This document shows, one piece after another, positions 1 through 8,184 of a stretch of 40,150 bases of DNA. Position numbers and translations under genes: made by a program. The notes under the pieces were generated by a model. That model was not told the DNA's origin. It made no database searches and saw only the letters and a list, made by a program, of their open reading frames with translations. The first letter of the stretch is position 1; the number at the start of each line of letters is the position of its first letter. This DNA comes from Coriobacteriales bacterium (GTDB taxonomy: Bacteria; Actinomycetota; Coriobacteriia; Coriobacteriales; UBA8131), in assembly GCA_031282085.1 (NCBI GenBank), contig JAITEK010000068.1, forward strand, positions 1 through 40,150. The letters run 5' to 3'.

Positions 1-842
1 ATGGCACGGGTTATCGCCTGGCGTATCCACCAGGTCGCGTAGGTGGAGAACTTAAAGCCCTTGGTGTAGTCGAACTTCTCCACCGCGCGGATAAGGCCGA
101 GGTTGCCCTCCTGAATGAGGTCCAAAAAGAGCATGCCGCGCCCTACGTAGCGCTTGGCGATGGACACCACGAGGCGCAGGTTCGCCTCAATGAGCTGCTG
201 CTTTGCGTCGAGCCCTACCTGCTCCACGCGGGTAAGACGACGCTTTTCGCGCCGCTCAAGCTCAACCTTCTTGCGGTAGGCGTCCTCAAGCTGGGCGGAG
301 GCCTCCAGCCCTGCCTCTATCTTCATCGCGAGGTCTATCTCCTCGGCGGCGGTAAGTAGCGAGACTTTGCCTATCTCCTTGAGGTACATGCGCACCGGGT
401 CGCCCGTAAGCAACACGGCGGCGGAGTCGGACGCCTGACGCTTCTTGCCCGTCTTGCTTGAGCGCGTGCTCACCTTCGGCAACACCACGTCGATGGCTTC
501 GGCGGATTTTAGCTCGTCCTCGGGTATGCCTTCCAGTATCTCCTCGTCGGAAAGACTCACGGTTACGTCGTCATCGTCGTCAACCAAGCCGATGGATGAG
601 ACCCCGCCGGGGAGCTCCATCTCCTGGTCGTCAGCATCATGCTCAACGCTGATGTCGTGCGAACGCAAATAGTCGAGGACGGCTGTTACCTGCTTATCGG
701 TGAGATCGTAGTTGGAGAAGAACTCCTTTGCTTCCTCCTCTGAGATGGAGCCGACCTTCTTGTACTCGCCAACCAGCTTCTCAAGCTCAGGCTCAAGCAT
801 CTCTATCTCGGGAGCGAACCGTGTGTTTGGGGCTTCTGCCAC
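1..842 (-). CDS. rpoD: Principal-type sigma-70 RNA polymerase sigma factor, 5' portion only (the gene runs off the left edge)
   Basis: Reverse-strand reading from GTG at 842-840, with SD gaaaggaag at 846-854 (minus strand), gives ...[32 protein letters not shown]...[46 protein letters not shown]. These are sigma-70 regions 1.2 and 2.1-2.4. The frame is absent from the ORF track because it has no stop inside the window. Confidence 0.9.
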   Translation of the reverse strand, partial: MAEAPNTRFAPEIEMLEPELEKLVGEYKKVGSISEEEAKEFFSNYDLTDKQVTAVLDYLRSHDISVEHDADDQEMELPGGVSSIGLVDDDDDVTVSLSDEEILEGIPEDELKSAEAIDVVLPKVSTRSSKTGKKRQASDSAAVLLTGDPVRMYLKEIGKVSLLTAAEEIDLAMKIEAGLEASAQLEDAYRKKVELERREKRRLTRVEQVGLDAKQQLIEANLRLVVSIAKRYVGRGMLFLDLIQEGNLGLIRAVEKFDYTKGFKFSTYATWWIRQAITRA

Positions 843-966
843 AGGCTTCCTTTCTCGATGGAACGAATCTTACAGTATAGGCCATTCACCCATGCTTTGT
901 GTTGGTATTTGCACAGATTCGACACAGATTTGATGTTGAACCGACACGCCGCGTTGGTCTGCCGCG

Positions 967-1815
967 TCAACCAGCAGCTCCCGAAGGAGCAGCGCGTTCG
1001 GCGAGGCGGAGGTTTGTTGAGAGCCAATCCTCGACGGTGCCCACATCAAAGCCTTCATCGGGGTCGACGATGAGCGCGTAGACCTCCTCGTAGGCGAGCA
1101 GCTCGATAAGCGCGTCGGTGAGCTGTATCTCGCCACCGGCGCCAGGAGCAACGCGAGAAAGCAACTCCATGACCCGCGGCGTGAGCAGGTAGCGCCCAAA
1201 GATCGCCAGGTCGGAAGGCGCCTGCTCAACAGAAGGCTTCTCAACCATGCCCGTAATGCGCCAGATGCCGCCTTCAACAGGCTCTCCCGCGATAACGCCG
1301 AAGCGGTTGACCTGTTCGCGCGGCACGCGGATCACCGCGATGACACTCGCCCCCCCATGCGCACGGCTTGAGGCGAGCATGCGGGGCAGCAGGGCGTTGT
1401 CGGGGACCAACACGTCGCTGAGCAGCACGTAGAAAGGCTCCGCTTCCGCGTCGCCCGCGTCGCCGAGGACCTTGGCGGCTGCACAGTGGATAGCATGTCC
1501 CAGTCCGAGCGGCTCGGGCTGCTCGGCAAAGGAGACCGGCAGGCTGCCAACACGGCGCACCTCGTCTGCATAGTTAGTCTTTCCCCTCCCCTCAAGCTGA
1601 GCAACCAGCGCCTCATCTGGCGAAAAATGCGCCGCGATGGCCTGCGTTTGGGCGTTGCCGACAACAACGACTTCGTCAGCCTCCGCCGCCAACGCTTCTT
1701 CTACCACATATTGGATGGCGGGTTTGTTGAGCACGGGGAGCATCGCCTTGGGCTGCGCCTTCGTGGCTGGCAAAAAGCGCGTTGCGAGTCCCGCGGCGGG
1801 GATGATTGCCTTCAT
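967..1815 (-). CDS. galU: UTP--glucose-1-phosphate uridylyltransferase
   Basis: 282-aa ORF. The N-terminus MKAIIPAAGLATRFLPATKAQPKAMLPVLNKPAIQYVVEEA is the classic GalU nucleotidyltransferase signature. EKP and the GRYLL-type C-terminal motifs are present. Confidence 0.9.
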   Translation of the reverse strand: MKAIIPAAGLATRFLPATKAQPKAMLPVLNKPAIQYVVEEALAAEADEVVVVGNAQTQAIAAHFSPDEALVAQLEGRGKTNYADEVRRVGSLPVSFAEQPEPLGLGHAIHCAAAKVLGDAGDAEAEPFYVLLSDVLVPDNALLPRMLASSRAHGGASVIAVIRVPREQVNRFGVIAGEPVEGGIWRITGMVEKPSVEQAPSDLAIFGRYLLTPRVMELLSRVAPGAGGEIQLTDALIELLAYEEVYALIVDPDEGFDVGTVEDWLSTNLRLAERAAPSGAAG

Positions 1816-1940
1816 CGGTTCACTCCGTTTTCTGTATTCTCTAGGGGGCGATACGGTAAAACGTCATATTTACCTACGAGTTTACCACGTAGATTCTGGG
1901 ACAAGCCCAGAATGACGAGCAGGAGGGCGCGGCGGAATGC

Positions 1941-2050
1941 CGGGCGGCAAACTCCAGGATGGCGGGCGGCAAGTCCCCGGATGACAGACGGCAGACTCCA
2001 GGATGGCGGGCGGCAAGTCCCCGGGTGATGGGTGGCAACGGCGGACTGCT
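1941..2050. repeat. Tandem array of five 22-bp units (alternating A/B types, i.e. a 44-bp period twice plus one degenerate unit)
   Basis: The units are cgggcggcaaactccaggatgg, cgggcggcaagtccccggatga, cagacggcagactccaggatgg, cgggcggcaagtccccgggtga and tgggtggcaacggcggactgct. Units 2 and 4 match 21/22; units 1 and 3 match 19/22. The array lies in the tig-galU spacer. Confidence 0.85.
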
Positions 2051-2053
2051 GCG

Positions 2054-3391
2054 TCAGTCGAGGTACTCTATCTCGGCGGTTTCCAGCAGCCATTTGTTCG
2101 CCTTGTTGCGCAGCGCGCCCTCGTGGACCTGGTACATGCGCCCCGTGAGCTCAAACTCCATCCGCGCCTCCTTCTCGTGGCCAGGCGCCATGAGGCGGAA
2201 GGTCTCCGCGATGTCCTCGTCAGTGACCTCAAGCTCAAGGTGCCGCGCCAACGCGTCGAGGCTAAAGCCCTGCGCAAGCATCTCGCGGGCCTGCATCATC
2301 AATTGCATCGAGAACTGCTGCTCGTCACCGGCCTGCTGCTGGATGAACTCCTCCAGAGTACGCCCCTGCTCCCGGAGACTTTGTTGCAGGCTCTGCACGA
2401 TACTGTTGCGGGTCATCTCGTACAGCTCATCGGGAATCTTGCCCTTAAACCGCTTGGCGAGCTCCGAGGCCACAAAGAAGCGCCGCGCCCCTGCGAGCTC
2501 CTGCTCCCGCTGGGCAAGCCCCTGCTTGCGTATCTCCTCACGTAGCTCAGGAACCGTCTTAACGTTGGGGATGTTCTTCTCTACCCATGCGTCCGTGATG
2601 GCGGGTATGACTCGCTTCTGTATCTCGAGAAGCTCAACGGTAAAGGTGACGGTGAGGGTCTTCGCGACGCCTTCCTTCGCGTCCTCGCCAGCGCTCGCGC
2701 CGTCCGCGTCGGGCGCCTGCGGGATCGTCTCGCTCACCGTGAAGGTCCGCGTCTCGCCCGGCTTCATCCCGATGAGGTTCTTGTCAAAATCAGCCGGCAT
2801 GCCGCCCCTGCCAAGGCCGTAGCTGCGCCGTTCGGCGGTAAAGGCCGCGATCTCCTCACCCTTCTCGTCGAGGGATTTGAGGGAGAACAGCACGATGTCG
2901 CCCTCCGCAACGGGGCGGTCATCGTCCTTCTCAAGGCTTGCGGCGCGTTCCGCGAGCATCACGAGCTGCTGCTCTACCTCGGTGTCGCTGACCTGCGCGC
3001 GCCGGGATTGTATCTTCACGGGGCTGAAGTCGCTGAGCTCATAGACCGGCTTGGGGGTCACCTCGACGGTAAAGCTGAGTTCCTTCCCCGGGGTGACGCC
3101 TGCCGGAGGGGAGCTTACCTTGGGACTGCCGATGATGGCGAGCTTCTCCTGCGTAACGGCGAAGGGAGCGAGAAAACGCGCGACCTCGAACTCAAGGAAG
3201 GAGTTGTAATAGGCCTCGCCGAGTTTCTCCTTGACCGCGTTGTTGAGTTCCTCGGGCCTCTGGGGTTGGATGCCGTTTTGCAGCGCAAGCTGGAAATCGA
3301 CAAACCGGATGGCCTCCTGCACCTTGTCGGCGGGCGCAGTAACCTCAAGCTCGATCTTCCCCTCGGAGGTCGTGCTTCTTTTGATTTTCAT
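2054..3391 (-). CDS. tig: Trigger factor-like ribosome-associated chaperone (FKBP-type PPIase middle domain)
   Basis: 445-aa ORF with trigger-factor length and three-part layout. The middle segment ADFDKNLIGMKPGETRTFTV resembles the TF PPIase domain. The canonical GFRxGxxP ribosome-docking motif is not obvious, so this looks like a divergent member. Confidence 0.7.
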   Translation of the reverse strand: MKIKRSTTSEGKIELEVTAPADKVQEAIRFVDFQLALQNGIQPQRPEELNNAVKEKLGEAYYNSFLEFEVARFLAPFAVTQEKLAIIGSPKVSSPPAGVTPGKELSFTVEVTPKPVYELSDFSPVKIQSRRAQVSDTEVEQQLVMLAERAASLEKDDDRPVAEGDIVLFSLKSLDEKGEEIAAFTAERRSYGLGRGGMPADFDKNLIGMKPGETRTFTVSETIPQAPDADGASAGEDAKEGVAKTLTVTFTVELLEIQKRVIPAITDAWVEKNIPNVKTVPELREEIRKQGLAQREQELAGARRFFVASELAKRFKGKIPDELYEMTRNSIVQSLQQSLREQGRTLEEFIQQQAGDEQQFSMQLMMQAREMLAQGFSLDALARHLELEVTDEDIAETFRLMAPGHEKEARMEFELTGRMYQVHEGALRNKANKWLLETAEIEYLD

Positions 3392-3505
3392 CTATACTCC
3401 TCTTATTCAGACGGGGTGGGATTATCAAAGTATAGCGGTTTGTTTCTTTTTCGCCCCGCACACAGAGGATTTTGTCTATAATATGACCTTGCGCGACCGG
3501 TAAAG

Positions 3506-3526
3506 ACTGTTTTGTGACATAATGGG
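3506..3526 (+). promoter_or_regulatory. 21-nt motif ACTGTTTTGTGACATAATGGG containing an extended -10 (TGaCATAAT at 3515-3523)
   Basis: An exact 21/21 copy occurs on the minus strand at 34476-34496. TGnCATAAT fits the extended -10 consensus TGnTATAAT. It lies about 190 nt upstream of the phosphohexomutase start. Confidence 0.45.
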
Positions 3527-3563
3527 TGACACACAAAGACCTGTCGTCGGTTTTGCGGCGACC

Positions 3564-3640
3564 GCAGAGATGGGTACGTTGGTTGCGAGCAGGAGAAATC
3601 CTGCTACGACGCCCCTCGCCTCCAACGTACCCATCTCTGC
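3564..3640. repeat. Perfect 19-bp inverted repeat forming a rod-like hairpin with an internal GAAA-capped helix
   Basis: gcagagatgggtacgttgg (3564-3582) pairs perfectly with ccaacgtacccatctctgc (3622-3640). Inner helices are gcgag/ctcgc (3585-3589/3615-3619) and gcagga-GAAA-tcctgc (3589-3604). The outer helix can extend by cgac/gtcg with a 1-nt bulge. Confidence 0.9.
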
Positions 3641-3716
3641 GTCGGTTTAGCGCCTTTACCGGCATCATCCCCTGTGACAATATCCCTTACCTCGTACCTG
3701 TATAGGAGCTGGCGGA

Positions 3717-5420
3717 TTGAAGGATAGCGATAGCGTAAGGACAGCTGCCACCCTGAGCGACACGCAGGCTCCTGTCGATTCGGTTCATTTCGGCACCGAC
3801 GGATGGCGCGCCATCATCGGGGAGGACTTCAACGTACGTAGCGCGGCTCGTGTTGCCGCTGCCGCCGCTCGGGTATTCAAACGGCAAAAACAAGCCGGTG
3901 AACGGTACGTCGAGCGGGCCGACGGACAAGATACCGAACAAAACCCTGAGAAGCAGGGCCCTGGCGGAGAATCGTCGCCTACCTCGCCCACCATCATCGT
4001 CGGCTATGACTGCCGCCAGGACGCCGGGCGCTACGCCGCACTGGTGGCAACCGTTGTCGCCGCACACGGCTTTGACGTTATCGTCTCCGACCGGTACTGC
4101 CCTACACCGACTCTGTGCTGGACGGTTGCGCGCAACCCGCATGCGGTGGGCGGCGTCATGCTCACCTCAAGCCACAATCCTGCTGAGTACCTGGGCATCA
4201 AGCTGCGCATGGCCGACGGCGGCGCTTCTCCGGCGGATTTTACCGATGAGGTTGAGGCTGAGCTTGTCGACGAGGTGCCGGCCTGCTTTGAGGAGGCGCT
4301 CGCGAATTTTGCCGTCGCGCAAAACGGCACACCCAGTAAGCCGGCAACGGCCCCCCAGGCGCCTTTCTCCTCTGCGGACGCCTCGCCGCCGGACGCCTCG
4401 CCAAAAGACCGCCCTCTCTCGCCCCCCTTCCGCCTCCAGGACATCATGGCCCCCTATCTCGCGTCGCTGACCGCCCTCGTCGACCGCTCGGTCATCGAGA
4501 AGGCAGGCCTGCGCGTTGTGGTGGATCCCCTGTTCGGCGCGGGCCGCGGTTACCTGGCCGAGCTGCTGCGCCAACTCGGCGTTGAGGTAACGGAAGTCAA
4601 CGGCGAGCAGGACCCCAGCTTCAACGGCCTGCACCCCGAGCCCATCCTCCCCTGGGTCCGCACAGGGGCCGCAAAGGTGGCCGAGGGTGGCTACGGCGCC
4701 TGCTTTGTAACCGACGGCGACGCCGACCGCATCGGAGCCATAGACGACACGGGCGCCTACGTAAGCTCCCATCGCGTGCTTGCCTTGCTCATCGGCCATC
4801 TGGTGGAGGACCGTGGACAAACCGGCCGGGTCATTCGCACGCGGGCCGGCTCCAACCTCCTGCGTCGCCAATGCGACCGCCTCGGCCTCGCGCTCACCAC
4901 CAAGCCCATCGGCTTTAAGTGGATATACGAGGAGATGCTCAAGGGCGACGTGCTCATCGGTGGCGAGGAATCCGGCGGCATCGGCATCCCCAGCCACGTA
5001 CGCGAGCGCGACGGACTGCTCATGGCGCTGCTGCTCGCCGAGCTTATGGCTCAAAAGGGCAAGAAGCTTCATGAACTGGTTGACGATCTGCTCGCCACGC
5101 TGGGAACCCTCGAGTACGCGCGCCGGGACCTGCGCCTGACTCCCGAGCAGAAGGCCCAGCTGTTGGCGACCCATGTTAACGTGGATACGCTTGGCACAGA
5201 GAGCTACCAGGAGCTGTTTTCACCCCTTGACGAGACGCTCGTCGCCGTCAGCAGCGGCGATGGCATCAAGTTTGAGCTCGCCTCGGACAGTTGGCTGCTT
5301 GTACGCCCCTCCGGCACCGAGCCCCTCGTGCGCGTCTACGCCGAGGCCCCAACCGATGCCCAGGTAGAGTCCCTTCTCAACCTCGGTTGCGCTCTCGCCC
5401 AAGGAGGACAGAACAAATGA
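3717..5420 (+). CDS. Alpha-D-phosphohexomutase family enzyme (phosphoglucomutase/phosphomannomutase type)
   Basis: TTG start at 3717 with AGGAG SD at 3703-3707. Motifs: FGTDGWRAIIG near the N-terminus, active-site loop GVMLTSSHNPAEYLGIKL, metal loop FVTDGDADR, and sugar/phosphate loops GGEESGG and VRPSGTEP. Two Pro/Ser/Ala-rich insertions are present. Confidence 0.85.
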   Translation: MKDSDSVRTAATLSDTQAPVDSVHFGTDGWRAIIGEDFNVRSAARVAAAAARVFKRQKQAGERYVERADGQDTEQNPEKQGPGGESSPTSPTIIVGYDCRQDAGRYAALVATVVAAHGFDVIVSDRYCPTPTLCWTVARNPHAVGGVMLTSSHNPAEYLGIKLRMADGGASPADFTDEVEAELVDEVPACFEEALANFAVAQNGTPSKPATAPQAPFSSADASPPDASPKDRPLSPPFRLQDIMAPYLASLTALVDRSVIEKAGLRVVVDPLFGAGRGYLAELLRQLGVEVTEVNGEQDPSFNGLHPEPILPWVRTGAAKVAEGGYGACFVTDGDADRIGAIDDTGAYVSSHRVLALLIGHLVEDRGQTGRVIRTRAGSNLLRRQCDRLGLALTTKPIGFKWIYEEMLKGDVLIGGEESGGIGIPSHVRERDGLLMALLLAELMAQKGKKLHELVDDLLATLGTLEYARRDLRLTPEQKAQLLATHVNVDTLGTESYQELFSPLDETLVAVSSGDGIKFELASDSWLLVRPSGTEPLVRVYAEAPTDAQVESLLNLGCALAQGGQNK

Positions 5421-6670
5421 AGCAAGACTTCGCTGCCAGGCTTACGGCTTACGCCCGGCTCATCATTCGTGCGGGCTGCAATCTCCAACCGGGGCAGGAA
5501 CTTTTGCTCTCCGCCTCTACCGACTGCGTTGAGTTTGCCCGGCTGCTGGTAGCCGAGGCTTACCAACAGGGCGCACGCCACGTAACGGTACGCTTCGGGG
5601 ATGAGAAGATTGCCCGGCTGCACTACGAGAACTGCGCACTCGAGGTCTTTGAGCACTTCCCCGAGTGGCAGGCATTGCTCAACAATTCCCTGGCACGAGA
5701 AGGCGCCGCCGTACTCAGCATCATCAGCGAGGACCCTCTGGCGCTCACAGGCGTCGACCAGCGCAAACTCGTTGCCAACGCACGCGCCTCACACGAGGCC
5801 TGCAAGGAGTTCTACGACGGTATCGACCAGGGCCGCGTGGTCTGGTGCATCGCCGGCGCGGCTGCTCCGGCCTGGGCGCAGCACGTCTTTCCCACCCTGT
5901 CGCCCGAGGAAGCTACGGCAAAGCTCTGGGAGGCCATCTTCAACACCACACGCGTTAACGAGCCAGACCCTGTCGCCGCCTGGCAGGAACATCGTGCGAG
6001 CTTTGATGCGCGCAAGGCATGGCTCAACGCACAGCACTTCGACGCCCTGCACTACACCAACAGCCTCGGCACCGACCTCACCATTGGCCTCAACACCAAG
6101 GGTCTTTGGCAGGGTGGCGGCGACGTTACCACCGCTGGCACGGAGTTCTTCCCCAACATGCCCACCGAGGAGATATTCACCACGCCCGATCGCCTGCGCG
6201 CCGAGGGCATCGTCTACTCCAGTATGCCGCTGGTGCATCACGGCAGTCTCATCCAGGACTTCTGGCTGAGATTTGAGGGCGGCCGCGTAACGGAGTACCA
6301 TGCGCGTACCGGCAATGACGTGCTCGAAGCCATTTTCGCCGTGGACGAGGACGCCGTTCGGCTTGGCGAGTGCGCTCTTGTGCCGTGGACCTCGCCCATT
6401 CGGCAAAGCGGCATCCTGTTCTATAACACCCTGTACGATGAGAACGCTTCGTGCCATCTGGCTGTTGGTCAGGGCTTCCCCGACTGCCTCGAAGGTGGGC
6501 AAGCGATGGATGCAGAGGAGCTCAAAGCCGCCGGCGTTAATAAGAGCGCAACCCATGTGGACTTCATGATAGGCAGCGCCGACCTCAACATAACCGGCGT
6601 CAAAGCAGACGGCGCCAGTATCCCCGTATTCCGTGACGGCGAATGGGCATTTGCGCCCATCGATGCCTGA
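5417..6670 (+). CDS. M29-family aminopeptidase (AmpS/PepS type)
   Basis: The ATG at 5417 overlaps the upstream stop (ATGA at 5417-5420). The product MKQDFAARLTAYARLIIRAGCNLQPGQELLL... is about 417 aa, typical of thermophilic metalloaminopeptidase (M29) proteins. The longer ORF-track start at 5291 would overlap the preceding gene by 130 nt. Confidence 0.8.
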   Translation: MKQDFAARLTAYARLIIRAGCNLQPGQELLLSASTDCVEFARLLVAEAYQQGARHVTVRFGDEKIARLHYENCALEVFEHFPEWQALLNNSLAREGAAVLSIISEDPLALTGVDQRKLVANARASHEACKEFYDGIDQGRVVWCIAGAAAPAWAQHVFPTLSPEEATAKLWEAIFNTTRVNEPDPVAAWQEHRASFDARKAWLNAQHFDALHYTNSLGTDLTIGLNTKGLWQGGGDVTTAGTEFFPNMPTEEIFTTPDRLRAEGIVYSSMPLVHHGSLIQDFWLRFEGGRVTEYHARTGNDVLEAIFAVDEDAVRLGECALVPWTSPIRQSGILFYNTLYDENASCHLAVGQGFPDCLEGGQAMDAEELKAAGVNKSATHVDFMIGSADLNITGVKADGASIPVFRDGEWAFAPIDA

Positions 6671-6717
6671 TTGCACACGCTCAAAACACGCGGTACGTGT
6701 CACCAGCCCCACAGACG

Positions 6718-6740
6718 TTCGCCCGGGCGAAAGGTTTGTG
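6718..6740 (+). terminator. Possible weak intrinsic terminator after the aminopeptidase gene
   Basis: The palindrome ttcgcccgggcgaa (6718-6731) is followed by aggtttgtg. The stem is short and the U-tract poor. Confidence 0.3.
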
Positions 6741-6747
6741 ATTCTGG

Positions 6748-6777
6748 GTGACGCGTAGACTAAAAAACCCGTATACT
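6748..6777 (+). promoter_or_regulatory. Candidate sigma-70 promoter for the response-regulator gene
   Basis: GTGACG (6748-6753), an 18-nt spacer, then TATACT (6772-6777), about 145 nt upstream of the ATG at 6921. Confidence 0.3.
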
Positions 6778-6920
6778 GAATATTGATATTTGGCACAGAC
6801 AGTTCGTTCACGGGAGTTTCGCACACACAACCAGAACAGGGCAGCAACTGACGTAGCGATGACTCAGATCCGCCGAGTCCGTTCAGGGACAGGACTTGCG
6901 TCGAAGGGATAGCAGCTTCC

Positions 6921-8096
6921 ATGACAGGCAACACAGATAAAGCCGTGATACTCACTGTTGATGATGATCCAATCATCTTAAACGCCGTTCTCGAAGTCCT
7001 CAAACAGGATTACACTGTGCGCCCGTTCACCTCGGGCGAGGCCGCCCTCTCCTATCTCAAGAACAACAGCGCCGACCTCATACTGCTCGACCACAACATG
7101 CCCAACATGACCGGGCTGGAAGTGCTCCAGCAGCTTCAGGACGACCCAGCAACCCGCACCATCCCCGTCATCTTCCTCACGGGCTCGGTAGACAGCGAGG
7201 ATGAGGTACGCGCGCTGGAGATCGGCGCAATGGACTACCTGCTCAAACCCTTCCGGCCCGGCTCGCTGCTGACCCGTGTCCGGCTCCAGATAGAGCTGTA
7301 CCACCATCGCCACCGCCTTGAGGACCTCGTCAAACTGAGGACCGAGGAACTGCGCGCGGCCAATCAGAAGCTCGAGCGGCGCGACAAAATCACCATCGAC
7401 CTGCTCGCCAAGGCCTCCGACATGCGCGACCACGAAACCGGCGCCCATATCGAGCGCGTGGTGCTCTTTACCGAGGTCATCGTCAACGACCTCCTCGCCG
7501 ACCCTCACGGGATCTATCAGATAACCGAGCAGTACGGCCGCGACATCGTCGACGCCGTTAAGCTCCATGACCTCGGCAAACTCGCCATGCCCGACAACGT
7601 GCTCCTCAAACCCGGCAAGCTCACGGAGGAGGAGTTCCGCGTTATCAAAACCCATCCCATCTATGGTTCCAAGATGTTGAGCCAGGCCATCGAGAAGATG
7701 GGCGAGGACTCCTTGCTGTGGACCGCTTTTGAAATTGTTTACGGACATCACGAGAAGTGGGACGGCACGGGCTATCCTAACGGCGTGAAGGGTGATAAGA
7801 TTCCACTGAGCGCACGAATCGCCGCAGTCGCGGATGTGTTCGATGCCCTCACGTCGGAACGGCCCTACAAACATGCTTGGACTCCCGAGGAAGCCTTCGC
7901 CCTCATCTATGCGGACGCAGGGAGGCACTTCGATCCGTATCTCACCGAGATCGTGAAGCGCCACGAGGAGGAGTTCATCCAGATTGTGGTATCGAATCGC
8001 GACATCGAGCAGCTGCCAACGCCCGAGCAGGAAGCCGCAGCCGAGATCGAGATCAGAGCCAAACAGGCCGCCGCCGCGCCCGGAAACGAGAACTGA
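6921..8096 (+). CDS. Response regulator with REC and HD-GYP domains (putative c-di-GMP phosphodiesterase)
   Basis: REC domain: VILTVDDDPIILN...DLILLDHNMPNMTGLEV...MDYLLKPF. HD-GYP domain: HIERV...KLHDLGKLAMPD...GHHEKWDGTGYPNG. Confidence 0.9.
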   Translation: MTGNTDKAVILTVDDDPIILNAVLEVLKQDYTVRPFTSGEAALSYLKNNSADLILLDHNMPNMTGLEVLQQLQDDPATRTIPVIFLTGSVDSEDEVRALEIGAMDYLLKPFRPGSLLTRVRLQIELYHHRHRLEDLVKLRTEELRAANQKLERRDKITIDLLAKASDMRDHETGAHIERVVLFTEVIVNDLLADPHGIYQITEQYGRDIVDAVKLHDLGKLAMPDNVLLKPGKLTEEEFRVIKTHPIYGSKMLSQAIEKMGEDSLLWTAFEIVYGHHEKWDGTGYPNGVKGDKIPLSARIAAVADVFDALTSERPYKHAWTPEEAFALIYADAGRHFDPYLTEIVKRHEEEFIQIVVSNRDIEQLPTPEQEAAAEIEIRAKQAAAAPGNEN

Positions 8097-8184
8097 GAAC
8101 AACGGTTCCGCAAGCACCTCAAGCGCGTTTGCGGAGCAAAATCGAGTAAAAACACTCGCATGTGGGAGATGGGAGATTCCAACC

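Noticed and set aside
1901-1912. The 12-mer cccagaatgacg is shared between 1901-1912 and 29066-29077, hinting at one dispersed repeat family.
   Set aside because: Rough expectation for exact 12-mer matches within 40 kb on both strands of a compositionally biased sequence is tens of pairs. A single 12-mer match is not evidence of homology.
1941-2050. Could the 22-bp repeat array be a miniature CRISPR array?
   Set aside because: The units are directly adjacent with no spacers, are imperfect, and have no leader or cas genes nearby.
3564-3640. The rod-shaped hairpin of about 100 nt with a GNRA tetraloop looked like a small (4.5S-type) SRP RNA.
   Set aside because: The conserved SRP domain IV features are absent: the GGAA tetraloop context and the AGCA/GGAAGCAGC-type symmetric and asymmetric loops. 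The stem is a flawless 19-bp DNA palindrome with no G-U pairs or bulges, which is unlike a conserved structured RNA gene.
5291-5416. The longer ORF-track version of the aminopeptidase gene, starting at 5291.
   Set aside because: It would overlap the phosphohexomutase gene by 130 nt and add an Arg/Pro-rich extension. The ATG at 5417 forms a typical ATGA stop/start overlap and yields a normal M29 N-terminus.
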